The notes under the pieces were generated by a model. It saw only the letters and a program-made list of their open reading frames with translations, did no database searches and was not told where the DNA came from. Shown one piece after another: positions 50,901 to 64,000 of a DNA stretch of 64,000 nt. Source of the DNA: Tubulanus polymorphus (lineage: Eukaryota; Animalia; Nemertea); NCBI RefSeq assembly GCF_964204645.1, contig NC_134034.1, positions 3,861,814-3,925,813 of the forward strand, read 5' to 3'. A program made the position numbers and the translations under genes. Every line of letters starts with the position of its first letter. Within the stretch, counting starts at the first letter, position 1.

Positions 50901-53900
50901 TATCCAATACAGTTTCAAATGGATTAAAAAATGATGATTTAGGTCTACTGCCAGTCCTTTCTGGTCCTACTAAGACCTTTATCAGGTATGTACTACCAAA
51001 AATGAGCTAGCTAGGCCATCCAGATTGCTCTCAAGTCAGGTTGAAATAGACATTAGTCAATTAATGAATGGTTAACTGCATGGAATAAAGATTTTTCATT
51101 TTTAGATCAAGGCGATAAGCTTGCTACCTAAAGAAGAATTGTGTCAACGAATTTTAGAAGAAAGGGGTGAGTAAACGCGATTTCGCAATCGTGAATAGAA
51201 TAAATCATCGATTCCTCGTTCATCATTTACTGACGTTCGTATTTTTAGACGAATTGCCGTTCGATTTATTAGAAGATTTACGATACCGATGTCGAGCCGG
51301 AATGCCGTTGTGCGAAACGATGGAGAAACTGCTGTCGTCGCGTGACGAATGGCAGGACATCTCGGTTTATTATCACAAACTGATGAGGTAGAAAATACCG
51401 ATGACCTTCTCGTTCTCAATGTGACTTTGACAATTCAGAAAAATTACGATTTGTTCTTGGACTTTCTTCTTGATGACTTCTACAATTCCTTTAGTTGAAT
51501 TATGATTAATTACTAATGAAGAACTTCTGAATGGCTTCAATGATTATCATTAAACACTTGATTACCTATAATGACCTCAATCTTAGTGACTGCAATGATT
51601 CAGTAGAATTATGATTAAATGCTAATGATAACCTCATGTTTGATGAGGTTATGATCACTGATTCCTCTAGTTATTTGTGATTAGTTACTAATGACAACCT
51701 TCTCATTCTAAACGACTTCAATGATTCGATGAAATCATGATTACTAATGACGATTTCAATCTTAACCTCTTCATTGCCACTTGTGACGTATATTTCCCTC
51801 GCAAATAATGACCTTCTCTTACCATGCATGACGTATATTTACGTCGCAGATATATGTGTTTACTGCAATAGCCAGTGTAGTGAGTCATTACACTGCTGGT
51901 GTGTAGCCGTACTATATGCTTGTCTGCCTCAATTTAGTTCAAATTTTCACTCATAGATGGAGGATTAGTACCTCTAATAACTTATTTGAATCGAATGATG
52001 CCATTGGGTTTGAATCCTGGTGAGGCACGTTACATTATCTGTGGTAGTGAAGAGGTTAATGACTGCGATGATTCAGAAAAATTATGATTAGTTACCAAAA
52101 TGACCTTCTCATTTTCAATGACTTCAAAAGAATTCATTGACGTTTGATCACACAGATTCCAATCGGTGACTTCATGGTCAACAATAAATGGATACGTTTT
52201 TGATTCGGAATTTCCAGGTTTTTGATTCGAATGTTGTTGAATTTTATGGCGTCTGCTGCTGACGATGTGAAGAGGCAAGAATTGGAGAATGATTTATTTA
52301 TCGTCGAAGATTTGATCATCAAACATCACATAATCGAACATATGAATAGTTACAACGATATTCCCAATCCCGGAGAAACAGGTAATCTTCAGAAATCCTA
52401 GGTGATTAAACGCGCAGAATTAGTACCCAGGAAGTAAGACATAACAGTTAAACCCTGAAGAGAAATAGGTAATCACAGGCCCCGGTTTTATAGACTGGTA
52501 TTAACTTTAACCCGGGGGCTAACTTAATTCATTTTCAATTGAGTTAACCCCCCGGGTTAAAGACAATAACAGTCTATGAAACTGGGCCCAGGGTCCAGTT
52601 TCACAAAAAAGTTTAAGCCTTAAACAGTTAAGTTTGAATTGTTGTTCTCATTATAAACATGTAAAACCATTGGCAATTACACCAAAAATTTGAGTTTAAC
52701 TTTTTTGTGAAACCTGGTCCAGGACACAGTTCCGCAGTTGTGAGTTAAGATTTGACTCAGAGTTAACTCATTGAAAATGAACTAATTTTAACTCAGTGTT
52801 AATTCTAACTCAGAACTGCGGAACTGGATCCAGAATTAGTACCCAGGTAATCCTAAATTCTAATCTATAATCTTAGGTTGTAATCTTTGTGCAACTAGTA
52901 CACGTATTCCTACACTTACATTCGTAATCCTAGGTAATCTATAATCCCTATATTCGGATCTATAACCTTATGTTGCAAACTTAGATCAACATGAAATTCT
53001 ACCATAGAATTTGCACTATCTAGCATGTACGTAGTAGTAGACCTGCGAATAATCCAGAATTGCCTACTGGCAAATGTGCTGGTAATCTTGTGGTAATCGG
53101 AAATTCTTCTTTTCAGAACAATTGATCACGAGTTTAATGGTCGATTGGTGTAAACAAACATCGAACAACGGAGAACGCGCGGAACCATCTAGTGGCGAAC
53201 AATGCGCGATATGTACTGAACGTATCCTTTATTTATCCCTTCCCCCTGTTCCCCGGAGAAATATCCTGCCCCTCGGCTCAGCGGGATAAGCCTTATACCA
53301 CTCTTGCATTCAATATCGGTGATGTTTACGGTGTGCAGCGACACTCAAAGGCTGTTCCGTAACGAGGACGAATGAACAATCCAATCGGGCTAGTCTTCAG
53401 AAACCAAGATCGGAACGACGTAAATCAAACAATAAACGAACAAACATATGATGTTTAACCCTTTCAGTGCGTCTACACTGCAGTGCGGTGTATGAGTTGG
53501 TGATGGATTTTGCTAGTACACCGCACTGCGGTGTATTGATGAAATTAGTTTTTATCTCTATTGAATTGAAAGATGGCAGCACCTGTCAAACATAGTGAAA
53601 TATTAGTACCTAATGATACACCGCGCCACGGTGTAGACGCACTATAGTGCTATTTCCGTTATTCAACACACTAGGGTGGAATTTTCCCAAATTTTCACAT
53701 TTTCTCCAGCACTTAGGGTATTAATTAGTCAGCACGGAAAGGGTTAAGAGTTATTTTCTGTTAACAGTAATTGTATAGGTATACCGTTAGTTACCATTTC
53801 ACAGGGAGTTTGTCCTAAAGGTCATTCGTTCGGTAAGTTCTAACGAGCTAGAACAGGTTGTAAGCTAGATTTCATGCAGGTATCGGTCTGCACCCTGTTG

Positions 53901-56124
53901 TCCCCTCGGGCGTTCATTCTTCCGATTTTGATCGTTCACACTTCATGGGCGATCAGGACTTCCCCGGTACGTTTGTACAATTAGAAATGAACATTTTTTC
54001 ACTGTACTTTCAATAAGGGATCGTTCACACTTCACACGTGTTCAGAACTTCACCCGAGACATATTTAATCGAAAATGAACTACAAACACCGGACATTTAG
54101 ATAATTTTGATCAGTGCATTTTCTATAAGCGATCGCCCCGGTTGAAGAATGGTGAATTTCTCAAGCGGATGGTTGCGGGTTACTGATTGATAATTGCATG
54201 ACTTCGGCTTGAAATTCATTCGTTTTCTATAACCACTCAGGTCCCTATGACTCCTTGATTCCTTGAAAACTCATTCCAAACCAATAATATTTTTCAAGGT
54301 ACTTGAATATCCTTGAATTTGAGCAAAATGCCTAAACGTCCTTGAATAACTCCTTGAATTTTGAACAATTGACAATTAGAAAATGTTTAGTTTTTAGACT
54401 TAGGTAGTCATAGGCCGTGTACACACAGATTCCACCTAATTGAATGGTTTACCGAGATAAACAGTACCGATTTAAGAGGAATCTACAGTAATGGGGATAT
54501 GAAAGGGATGAATACACTCCTTGAAATTTTTTCCTTCTTGAAAACTCCTTGAATTCTGGGATAACTGATCTGTAGGGACCCTGTAACCCAAAACTGAGGA
54601 TGACTGAGTTCAAATCTTCATCATTCCCGGTCAGTCGTCAATGCGTGATTTCTGTTTATGATTGTTTTTACAGGTCGATGTTGTCAGACGTTGTTGCTGT
54701 GTCAGAACGTTCCGTACAGGAAGTGTATGGAGTGTCAGTCTGTTGCTATCGCCATGGAAATATCTGGTACGTAGCATGTGACAGTAATGTTATGATAATA
54801 ATGATAATAATAATAATGATAATGATAAAAGTGTCTTATATACCGGTAGCACTAAATCCAGCGTATTTGCTCTGAGCGCTTGACGTTTTCGGTATTATTA
54901 CTCCAGCCGTTACAACGACTGCTAATAAGCGCTCAGGTGTCATCAATCAGGCCAGGTACCCATTTACTCCTGGGTGGAGAGAGTCAATGAGGATGTGTCT
55001 TGCCCGGGGACACCACGGTAATGTATGTATACGGGGTTTGAACCCATGACTCTTCCTGGAGTCGAGTGCTCTACCACGTCTTGGCCACACCGCTCCACAG
55101 TTGGGACTCCAACATCGTTCGTTATCTGTGATCATTAACCTTTCAGTGCTGACTAATCGATACCCTATAGTGCTGGAGATAATTTGAAAATTTTAAAAAA
55201 TTTCACCCATGTATGTGGAATAACGGGAATACCACTGTAGTGCGTCTACACCGCGGCGCGGTGTATCGTTACTTACCAATATTTCACTATGTTTGACAGG
55301 TGCTGCCATCTTTCAATAGAGACTAATTTACTTATTAGATCAATACACCTCAGTGCGGTGTACTAGCAAAATCCATCACTGATTTATACACCGCACTGCA
55401 GTGTAGATGCACTGAAAGGGTTCAAAGACCTTGAAAAAATCTGACCCTCATTGCAATGGAATACTCCCAGAAAATGTAGGCCACTACCTAGCAGTGGCTA
55501 TGCCTTGAATAATTTGTCTCCTAAATATCTCTGTGACCTTTTTCATATTTATGTCCCAGGCCGTCCTCTCCATTCTTCTGTCTACATACCTCACTAACAG
55601 TCCCTTTATACGAAAGAAAGTCTTTCGGTCCCCAGCCCTTTTCCATCAATGTCCCAACCCTGTGGAATCAGCTTCCCGAGCTCCGGTCGATAACATTGCT
55701 GGAGATCTTCAGCAGGCAACGTTTCCTCTTTAATGCGGTCTTTATGTCGAGTGCTCTTAGTGCTTTTTAGAAAATTTCCTTCATATTTCAAAGTTCATGG
55801 TACATTCTAATCATGCAAAAGCAGCGCCTAAAAACGCTCCAAATCCATGGAAATTGGACTAATTTATAGACATTTTCTGGGGGATGACCGCAGAGCTTTG
55901 GAGATCCTGGTTAAGCTCCCAGAGTGTCCCATTACCATTGAGGGCTATCCCTCAATGGTAATGGGATGCTACCGGAAAATGGCTAACCCTCATTGCAAGG
56001 GGACATAGATTCCCAGAAATGAAAATTCAACTAAAATTGCCATCCATTTATTTTTCTAGGATCTGATTGGATAAAACAAGTTCTGAAGACGAAATGTACA
56101 TTTTGCGATGGAATACTAGTGTAG
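41940..56124 (+). CDS. GTF3C4: General transcription factor 3C polypeptide 4 (TFIIIC90), 15 exons, 679 aa
   Basis: Exons 41940-42083, 43674-43812, 44573-44769, 45309-45450, 47293-47443, 47658-47895, 48473-48674, 49492-49637, 51106-51166, 51249-51387, 52218-52381, 53117-53221, 53779-53832, 54674-54766, 56060-56124. All introns are GT-AG, phases are consistent, and the total is 2040 nt. Motifs IHWSSDNRIAVST, LDRTLNP...WSP...RCICATLTRDHR, HGIAVSP, CAIC...CPKGH..GRC..T...YRKC and DWIKQVL...CTFCD match TFIIIC90. Confidence 0.9.
42185..43141. mobile_element. Long-TIR foldback element in GTF3C4 intron 1, apparent 5-bp TSD ACCCT
   Basis: accct|ctactgtctgtcaca...tgtgacagacagtag|accct, with extended inverted arms. 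Confidence 0.85.
42321..42759. mobile_element. Nested long-TIR MITE with 9-bp TSD (Mutator-like)
   Basis: tgaactggc|ggtcat...accgagatg arrays...catctcggt...atgaccc|tgaactggc. Confidence 0.85.
43312..43631. mobile_element. Inverted-repeat MITE
   Basis: agtggatattttgc ... gcaaaatatccact, with inner attttgccaatggc/gccattggcaaaat arms. Confidence 0.7.
44175..44465 (+). mobile_element. piggyBac-type MITE family 1, copy 1
   Basis: CCCTTTCAGTG...CACTGAAAGGG|TTAA with internal tacaccgca.tgcggtgta palindromes. Confidence 0.9.
44981..45290. repeat. ~82-bp tandem repeat x4 (related copy ~56520-56590)
   Basis: caagtgaaatcttcta units start at 44981, 45063, 45146 and 45228. Confidence 0.85.
45708..46092 (+). 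mobile_element. Non-autonomous Harbinger element, same family as 34359-35016, TAA TSD
   Basis: taa|agcccaacgcacacg ... gtgtgcgatgggct|taa. Encodes MAASMRQRKILL... Confidence 0.88.
46940..47227 (-). mobile_element. piggyBac-type MITE family 1, copy 2
   Basis: Reverse-oriented copy with the same TIRs. Confidence 0.9.
49844..50137 (-). mobile_element. piggyBac-type MITE family 1, copy 3
   Basis: ttaa|accttccagtgc...gcactgaaaggg|ttaa. Confidence 0.9.
50550..51057. mobile_element. ~510-bp near-perfect palindromic foldback element
   Basis: actaatgtctatttcaacctgacttgagagc ... gctctcaagtcaggttgaaatagacattagt. The arms run almost to the centre (~50805). Confidence 0.9.
51400..52185. repeat. Degenerate AT-rich tandem repeat (atgatt/aatgac units), interrupted by a MITE
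   Basis: Recurrent gaattatgatta..tactaatga..acctt...caatgact motifs. Confidence 0.7.
51766..52055. mobile_element. piggyBac-type MITE family 2
   Basis: ttaa|cctcttcattgccac ... gtggtagtgaagagg|ttaa. Confidence 0.85.
52478..52831. mobile_element. Three abutting Harbinger/Tourist-like MITEs separated by CAG
   Basis: ggccccggttttatagac...gtctatgaaactgggcc; gggtccagtttcacaaa...tgtgaaacctggtcc; ggacacagttccgcag...ctgcggaactggatcc. Relatives lie at ~43231-43293, 46131-46241 and 59381-59465. Confidence 0.75.
53222..53778 (+). other. U12-type (minor spliceosome) GT-AG intron, GTF3C4 intron 12
   Basis: 5' splice site GTATCCTTT. Branch-site-like ttttctgttaac at 53754-53765, 13 nt from the AG, with no pyrimidine tract between. 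Phase 1. Confidence 0.8.
53459..53743 (+). mobile_element. piggyBac-type MITE family 1, copy 4 (inside the U12 intron)
   Basis: ttaa|ccctttcagtgc...gcacggaaaggg|ttaa. Confidence 0.92.
54238..54583. mobile_element. hAT-like MITE
   Basis: caggtccctat...tagggaccctg, near-8-bp TSD taaccact/taacccaa, and internal actccttgaa repeats. A related fragment lies at ~48072. Confidence 0.7.
54786..55095 (-). mobile_element. tRNA-derived SINE with conserved core domain and L2-like tail
   Basis: Minus strand: A box tggccaagacgtgg, B box ggttcaaacc, core gtgtccccgggcaagacac...ctctccacccaggagtaaatgggtacc, and a (TTA/TCA)n tail. Confidence 0.8.
55139..55420 (-). mobile_element. piggyBac-type MITE family 1, copy 5
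   Basis: ttaa|cctttcagtgc...gcactgaaaggg. Confidence 0.9.
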
Positions 56125-56399
56125 AATTTAACCGAGCCTTGCGTAGTGGAGGACGGGAGGGGCAGTTACACTTGAAATTATGGACTCAAAATCTTCCATT
56201 AGGCTGTTGTTACCAGTTCTGACTATGTTAAGCAATTGAAATGGGGTACTGGCACACACGAGATGGCGTTACAATACACTCGGTTATACGGTGAGAATTA
56301 CGCGGGTAGTTCATTTTCAATGATGAGAAATAAGTTCGTGGAAAATGAAGTACTGGACTTTAAGGCTGCCAAATGGAAATGTCTTAAAACGAGTCATTA

Positions 56400-56405
56400 A
56401 ATAAA
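56400..56405 (+). terminator. Candidate GTF3C4 polyadenylation signal (alternative at 56841)
   Basis: AATAAA about 275 nt after the stop codon. The AT-rich context makes it uncertain. Confidence 0.3.
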
Positions 56406-57476
56406 TAATTGACATTAGTGTATGGTACAGTTTTACTGGAAATTGATTTTCCTAATGAGAAAACTTGGTTCGAATTTAATTAAAATGTAGAAGAAATTGA
56501 AGCGCGGTAACCAAGTAACACTAGTGAACCTGGTGGATCCTCGCCTGCCATACATGGAATCCTCGATTGCCAGAGTAGCTTTGCCAGTACCCCATTGCAT
56601 AAAAACTGGCTCAATCTGAAGTAGAACTATCGAGATATCAAAATGGAGTTGCTTTCATCATTCAAGTTATTACAAACTGTATCATGTAAATAAACTAGAA
56701 TTCTGAATGAACTGAAAAGTATTATTTAATTAAGCATGAATTTCTAAACGTTGCATTTAAATGTCAAATGAATTGAATACTGTCTGTAGATAAATGCATT
56801 TTCGTGTATAAATATTTTTATATTTTGAAATATCAATCTCAATAAAATCGACATAATGAATATGGTACAAGTTTGTTATCATTCCCAGTTCTGTGGTGGC
56901 CATTTATAATAAGCCAATTACTTGTGAATCAGCAGGCTGGATGTTTTTGGATATTCCTTCTGCCTTTTATATGTTTAAAAGCCCTTCTGTTAATTATAAC
57001 CATCAAGAAATTCAAGGAAAAAGGTTATCGTGTGTCCTCGGATTGACCCACATTTCCTCACGCTTATGCACCATGGGGCATGCAAACATGTAAGATCAAG
57101 ATAATCGACGAAGAGTTGTTAAATGTATGAACCAAAGATTGAGTCAATTCAATTGAAGCGTCTTCAAAACTTCCCAAAATACGTGTCACTAGATTCCGTC
57201 TATGGACAGACGGATGAAAAAATGAATGCATTAGTCTGCAAGGATTCTAGTCCCAAGTGGGCTATCCGTGTTCAGAATATTACCAGAGACATGTTATGAA
57301 TTGAAAACTGAATATCACCGCCAGTCGGACATCTTGTAAATGGAAAACTGAATGAAAGCCAGACATTAGACATTCTAACAGCTACCTTTAAAAAAAAAAC
57401 ATCAAAAGCTTCACGTGTTCAGTACTTTGCAGTGACATTCTCGTTGAAAGTGAGCGGGAAAACAGAAAATCATCAA

Positions 57477-57633
57477 CGGTGAAACCTCATTATAACGAAC
57501 TCAGATACAACAGTTCATTGAATATAACAAATAAAGAATTTCGTCCTAAATTAAGACAATTTAATTAATTTCATACCGGATATAACAGACATATTTTCTG
57601 GTCCATGAAGTTCGCTGTAACGAGGTTCCGCTG
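57477..57633. mobile_element. Tc1/mariner (Tigger-like) MITE
   Basis: cggtgaaacctcattataacgaac ... gttcgctgtaacgaggttccgctg|ta. Confidence 0.75.
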
Positions 57634-58423
57634 TATTAACAACAAAAACGATACATTTCTTGGCGATAAAATTTCCTATATTTTTCAAATGTTTTACATA
57701 TACACAATCTCTATACACGTCACACACACGCAGACTATACACGTATCTCTGGTTTTCCTATATCAAATAGATACTATTTTTCTTTATTCGAAAACCTTAC
57801 GACAAAATTTTTAAAAATATTTGTACATCAATAATAATAATATTACATGTATTAATAAAACATTTTCCGTCGAAAGACCGACTCGAATCCGGATAAAAAT
57901 CTCGACAAATCACCGGCCTCACCTGCCAGGGCGAATGGAAGCATCGATCAGCGTGGAATTTTCTGTTTCGCCAATATAATAAATAAATAACAAAATTTCT
58001 TCGGACAAAATTCAAAAAAACGATTTCGAACTCGAGGATTTCGCAAATGTATATATATTCATATATATGTACGCATATATAGATTGTTATAAACAATTTT
58101 CGTTAAAATCAAATCTCTTTTCCGACAATTTTCGCCTCGCAAAAAAAAAACTTGAATAAATTTTCAACGCAATTTTTCTATTCATGATTTTGAATTTCAC
58201 AATCAGTTTCATGATAATCCTTGAATTGATTAATGAATAAATAAGCTACCTAATAATAATGATAATAACAATAATACGTTATAGACGCTAAATTGCGTTG
58301 ATTTTGTGACAACGGAATTCATTCGTTTCGCGAAAATATAATTCGAGTTATCACGGCTGCATTCGGATTATACGGTTGTGATAAAATTCATCTGGTTTTT
58401 GAGAAATCCAAAGAACGGTTATA

Positions 58424-59070
58424 CGGTAGAACTCGCTTAGTTCGGATCACCCGGGACTGGAAAATATTGTCCGAATTGACCCTATCAGTGTATCTACACC
58501 GCAGTGCAGTGTATTAATCGGTGCGGTGTATAAATCGGTGTTGGATTTTGCTAGTACACCGCACTGCAGTGTATTGATGTAATCAGTTTTTATCTCTATT
58601 GAAAGATGGCAGTACCTGTCAAACATTAGGGAAATAGTAGTTACGATACACCGCGCTGCAGTGTCGCCACACTATAGTGCTATTCCCGTTATTCAACACA
58701 CTAGATCGGATTTTTTCAAAATTTTCAAATTATCTCCAGCACTAGCAATGAAAGGGTTAAACGAAATCCGAATTACAATACAGCTTAAAATTAACTTACA
58801 ATCTGAGCAACGGACGGCAGAACTCACTTAATTCGGATCTACCGGGACTGGAAAACGTTGTCCGAATTAAACAAAATACGAATTATGCGCTCTCATTTGA
58901 ATAGAAGTTGAACAGCCACGGGGACTGGAATTTCAGTCCGAATTTAACGAAACCCGAATTATGCGCACCACTCATTTGAATAGAAGTAACCTAGTAGTGG
59001 GGACTGGAATTTAAGTCCGAATTAAATGAAAATCCGAATAAAACCGATCCGAATTAAGCGAGTTATGCCG
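58424..59070. mobile_element. Tc1/mariner-type MITE with internal repeats and TA TSD, hosting a piggyBac MITE
   Basis: ta|cggtagaactcgctta ... taagcgagttatgccg|ta, with repeated gggactggaa...gtccgaatt. Confidence 0.8.
58480..58756 (+). mobile_element. piggyBac-type MITE family 1, copy 6 (nested)
   Basis: Inserted at the ccgaaTTAA site of the host MITE. An empty equivalent site lies at 58861. Confidence 0.88.
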
Positions 59071-59459
59071 TACCCCCTGATGCTTAATCCGTGGCCTGGA
59101 TCGGGGGCTACAATGGTTTTCATCTGGTTTTGTGAGATATCCAACTGGGAGCGGTCGAACCAGCTAATATTCATGCGATTTATGAGAAATCTGTACCAAA
59201 CGGCATATTCTACATTCATACGCGGGGGCGGATCCAGGATTTTGAAAGGTATACGTAGGTACTGTTGTCATCCCTAAGACAATTTTGAATGAAAAACTAC
59301 TCTCATTTTCATGCATTCTTAGCGTTTCGTTTGTAATTCTGGATAAAATAAAATATATCTGTGTCACTCGTTAATAAACTGCATCCAGTTCTACGGCTCG
59401 AGTTAAAATTTGAAAAGCGACTATCAACTACAAATCTCTTAACTCACAACCGTTGAACG

Positions 59460-59802
59460 GGATCCTCTCCATCCTCCCCGGGCAGGGATTCGAACCCGAC
59501 GGCATCGAGATCGTCACGATACGAAACCCTGCCACGCTAGACCGAGCGCGCAGCTTAGACGATGTCATTATCAGCCAATCAGATATCCCGTTTTATTTTA
59601 GCCCGGGTTTTCCCATTTATAGTTCTTCCGTGAAATTTACCTCAGCGATTATACTATGAGAAATCTGATTGGTGCCGCACGTTTTCATGCGGCAAAGCTA
59701 CGCATGTACCTGCGCACCCGGTCTACTGTGGCAGGGGTTCGTACCGTGGCTGAATGAAGCGATGCCATCGGGTTCGAATCCCTGTCGAGGTAGGGTGGAT
59801 CC
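59460..59802. repeat. Imperfect palindrome with tRNA-like A/B boxes in each arm
   Basis: ggattcgaacc at 59486-59496 and ggttcgaatcc at 59771-59781. The arms are complementary through ctgccac..tagacc and ccaatcag. Confidence 0.75.
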
Positions 59803-60247
59803 TCTCGTGATTAACTGATTAACAGCCCGGACCCCGCAGCGTCCATCTCAGAACCCCTTTTCAGATGGTGGATGCGTTAAAATAACCGTGATAACAATTT
59901 ATCGACCGCGCGCATTTCCGAGGATTTCACCCGCGGCATTTACGAACGAAAACGCGCGACTTTAAACACCAGACATCGGACACTGAATCGGCGCACTACC
60001 GGAAATAATCGTCGAACATCAACATTTCGGAGGGGTAACGTTAGTTCTAGGATGGAGACTGGCGATACCAGTACCTGGATACAACATAAGACGATAAACT
60101 AATCGATAGTTTCTGTTAAACAAGCGCGCGTGTGTGTACGCACGTCACACACGCCGCACGATTCTACACATACATGAATCAATATTACACGCAGTCGGAC
60201 CGGAATTTCCTGAAAGGACGCACGCACGCACCGGGTGGCGTTGAAAT

Positions 60248-63132
<2,885 letters not shown>

Positions 63133-63255
63133 CTGAAAAATACACGCAACCAAACGATGATAAAATCATTCCGACGCGAGTCGCGAATACTAACGAATCA
63201 TCGCAGATTCTGAACTCTACGATCATCCTACGGGATTCCCCATTCCTAGCGGAAT

Positions 63256-63580
63256 CTAAATAATAATAATAATAATAGTCATTTATATAGCGCAGTTTTC
63301 CATAGTAATAAAGTTCAAATGCGCTACTCCGGGTGGATTACGAGTTGAAGTAAGCACAGAACAGTTTAGTTTTAATGAACGTTTTGAACTGAGGTAGTGA
63401 CATATTTAACACAGCATGGTGTGGAGGGTCGATATAGTTATTCCAAAGTCTAGGAGCAATCCGCGAAAAAGCTCTACCTACAAAATTAGAAAGGTGAAAT
63501 GTTGGTTCAGAGAGTCTGTGGTGTGAAGATGAACGTAGTTGACGCGCAGGAGCATAAAACTGAATGAGTTCACTGATGTC
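63256..63580 (-). mobile_element. L2/CR1-group LINE 3' fragment
   Basis: Minus strand reads LRSSSHHRL...GRAFSRIAPRLWN...TKLF, then gcgctatataaat and a (TTA)n tail. Confidence 0.8.
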
Positions 63581-63809
63581 TCACTGAATCTACCTTCATA
63601 CTCGATTACGATTTGAATTCGGTAGCGAAATATTCAGCGGAAAATTCTCGAAAAATTCGGCGATTTTTCCCTCAGCAATTCCTCAATTATGAATAATTCG
63701 GCGAACTATGTAGGGGCCCAGGGACAAGATGCCCACTCAGTGACAGGTGTCCGAGGATAAATTTCAGGCCGAGTGAATTCAGGCACAGTCAAAAATATGA
63801 TCGTGACAT

Positions 63810-63896
63810 CCCAGCATTTTCAGCCAAAATATTTTGGTGGGTTCATTCAACTTCCCCCAGCATTTTCAGCCAACATATTTTGGTGGGTTCATTCAA
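63810..63896. repeat. Short tandem duplication (~47-bp period)
   Basis: cccagcattttcagccaa.atattttggtgggttcattcaa occurs twice. Confidence 0.85.
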
Positions 63897-64000
63897 AGAA
63901 TGTTTTGGTTGCTAAAACTAACTGTACTTTTTCTGATTATGAGCTATGAACTGGTACGTAATTACCTTTTTATTAGTTTGAGTACTGGTTGTTTTAGCTG

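Noticed and set aside
59460-59802. Bona fide tRNA genes
   Set aside because: B boxes are present, but there is no acceptor or anticodon stem and no adjacent oligo-T terminator. Reported as a tRNA-like palindrome instead.

Overview
AT-rich animal genomic DNA, probably a marine lophotrochozoan-type invertebrate (inferred from gene content). It is not prokaryotic, so most short ORFs in the supplied track are spurious. The window has two compartments. Left (~1-41 kb): a cluster of four intronless class A peptide-receptor-like GPCRs on the - strand. Two are near-identical 368-aa copies carried by a tandem segmental duplication (unit A 1115-13135, unit B 13136-~31810). The other two are an older 355/344-aa paralogue pair. 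Around them are a GRL101-type LDLa/LRR pseudogene relic and decayed transposons (chimeric Sola1, Academ, Penelope, Gypsy, Tc1/IS630-like, probable DIRS, Harbinger). Right (~41.9-64 kb): a complete 15-exon GTF3C4 (TFIIIC90) gene on + (679 aa reconstructed by hand, one intron with U12-type signals) converging on the last three exons of ZMYND11 on -. Their introns and UTRs are packed with MITEs, including eight copies of one piggyBac-type family. The most notable observations are a circularly permuted 473-bp segment that looks like a DNA circle integrated into its paralogue, a minor-spliceosome intron in GTF3C4, a fused Sola1 transposase, and a palindrome with two outward-facing tRNA-like Pol III promoters. 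All family assignments come from motif recognition, not database searches.
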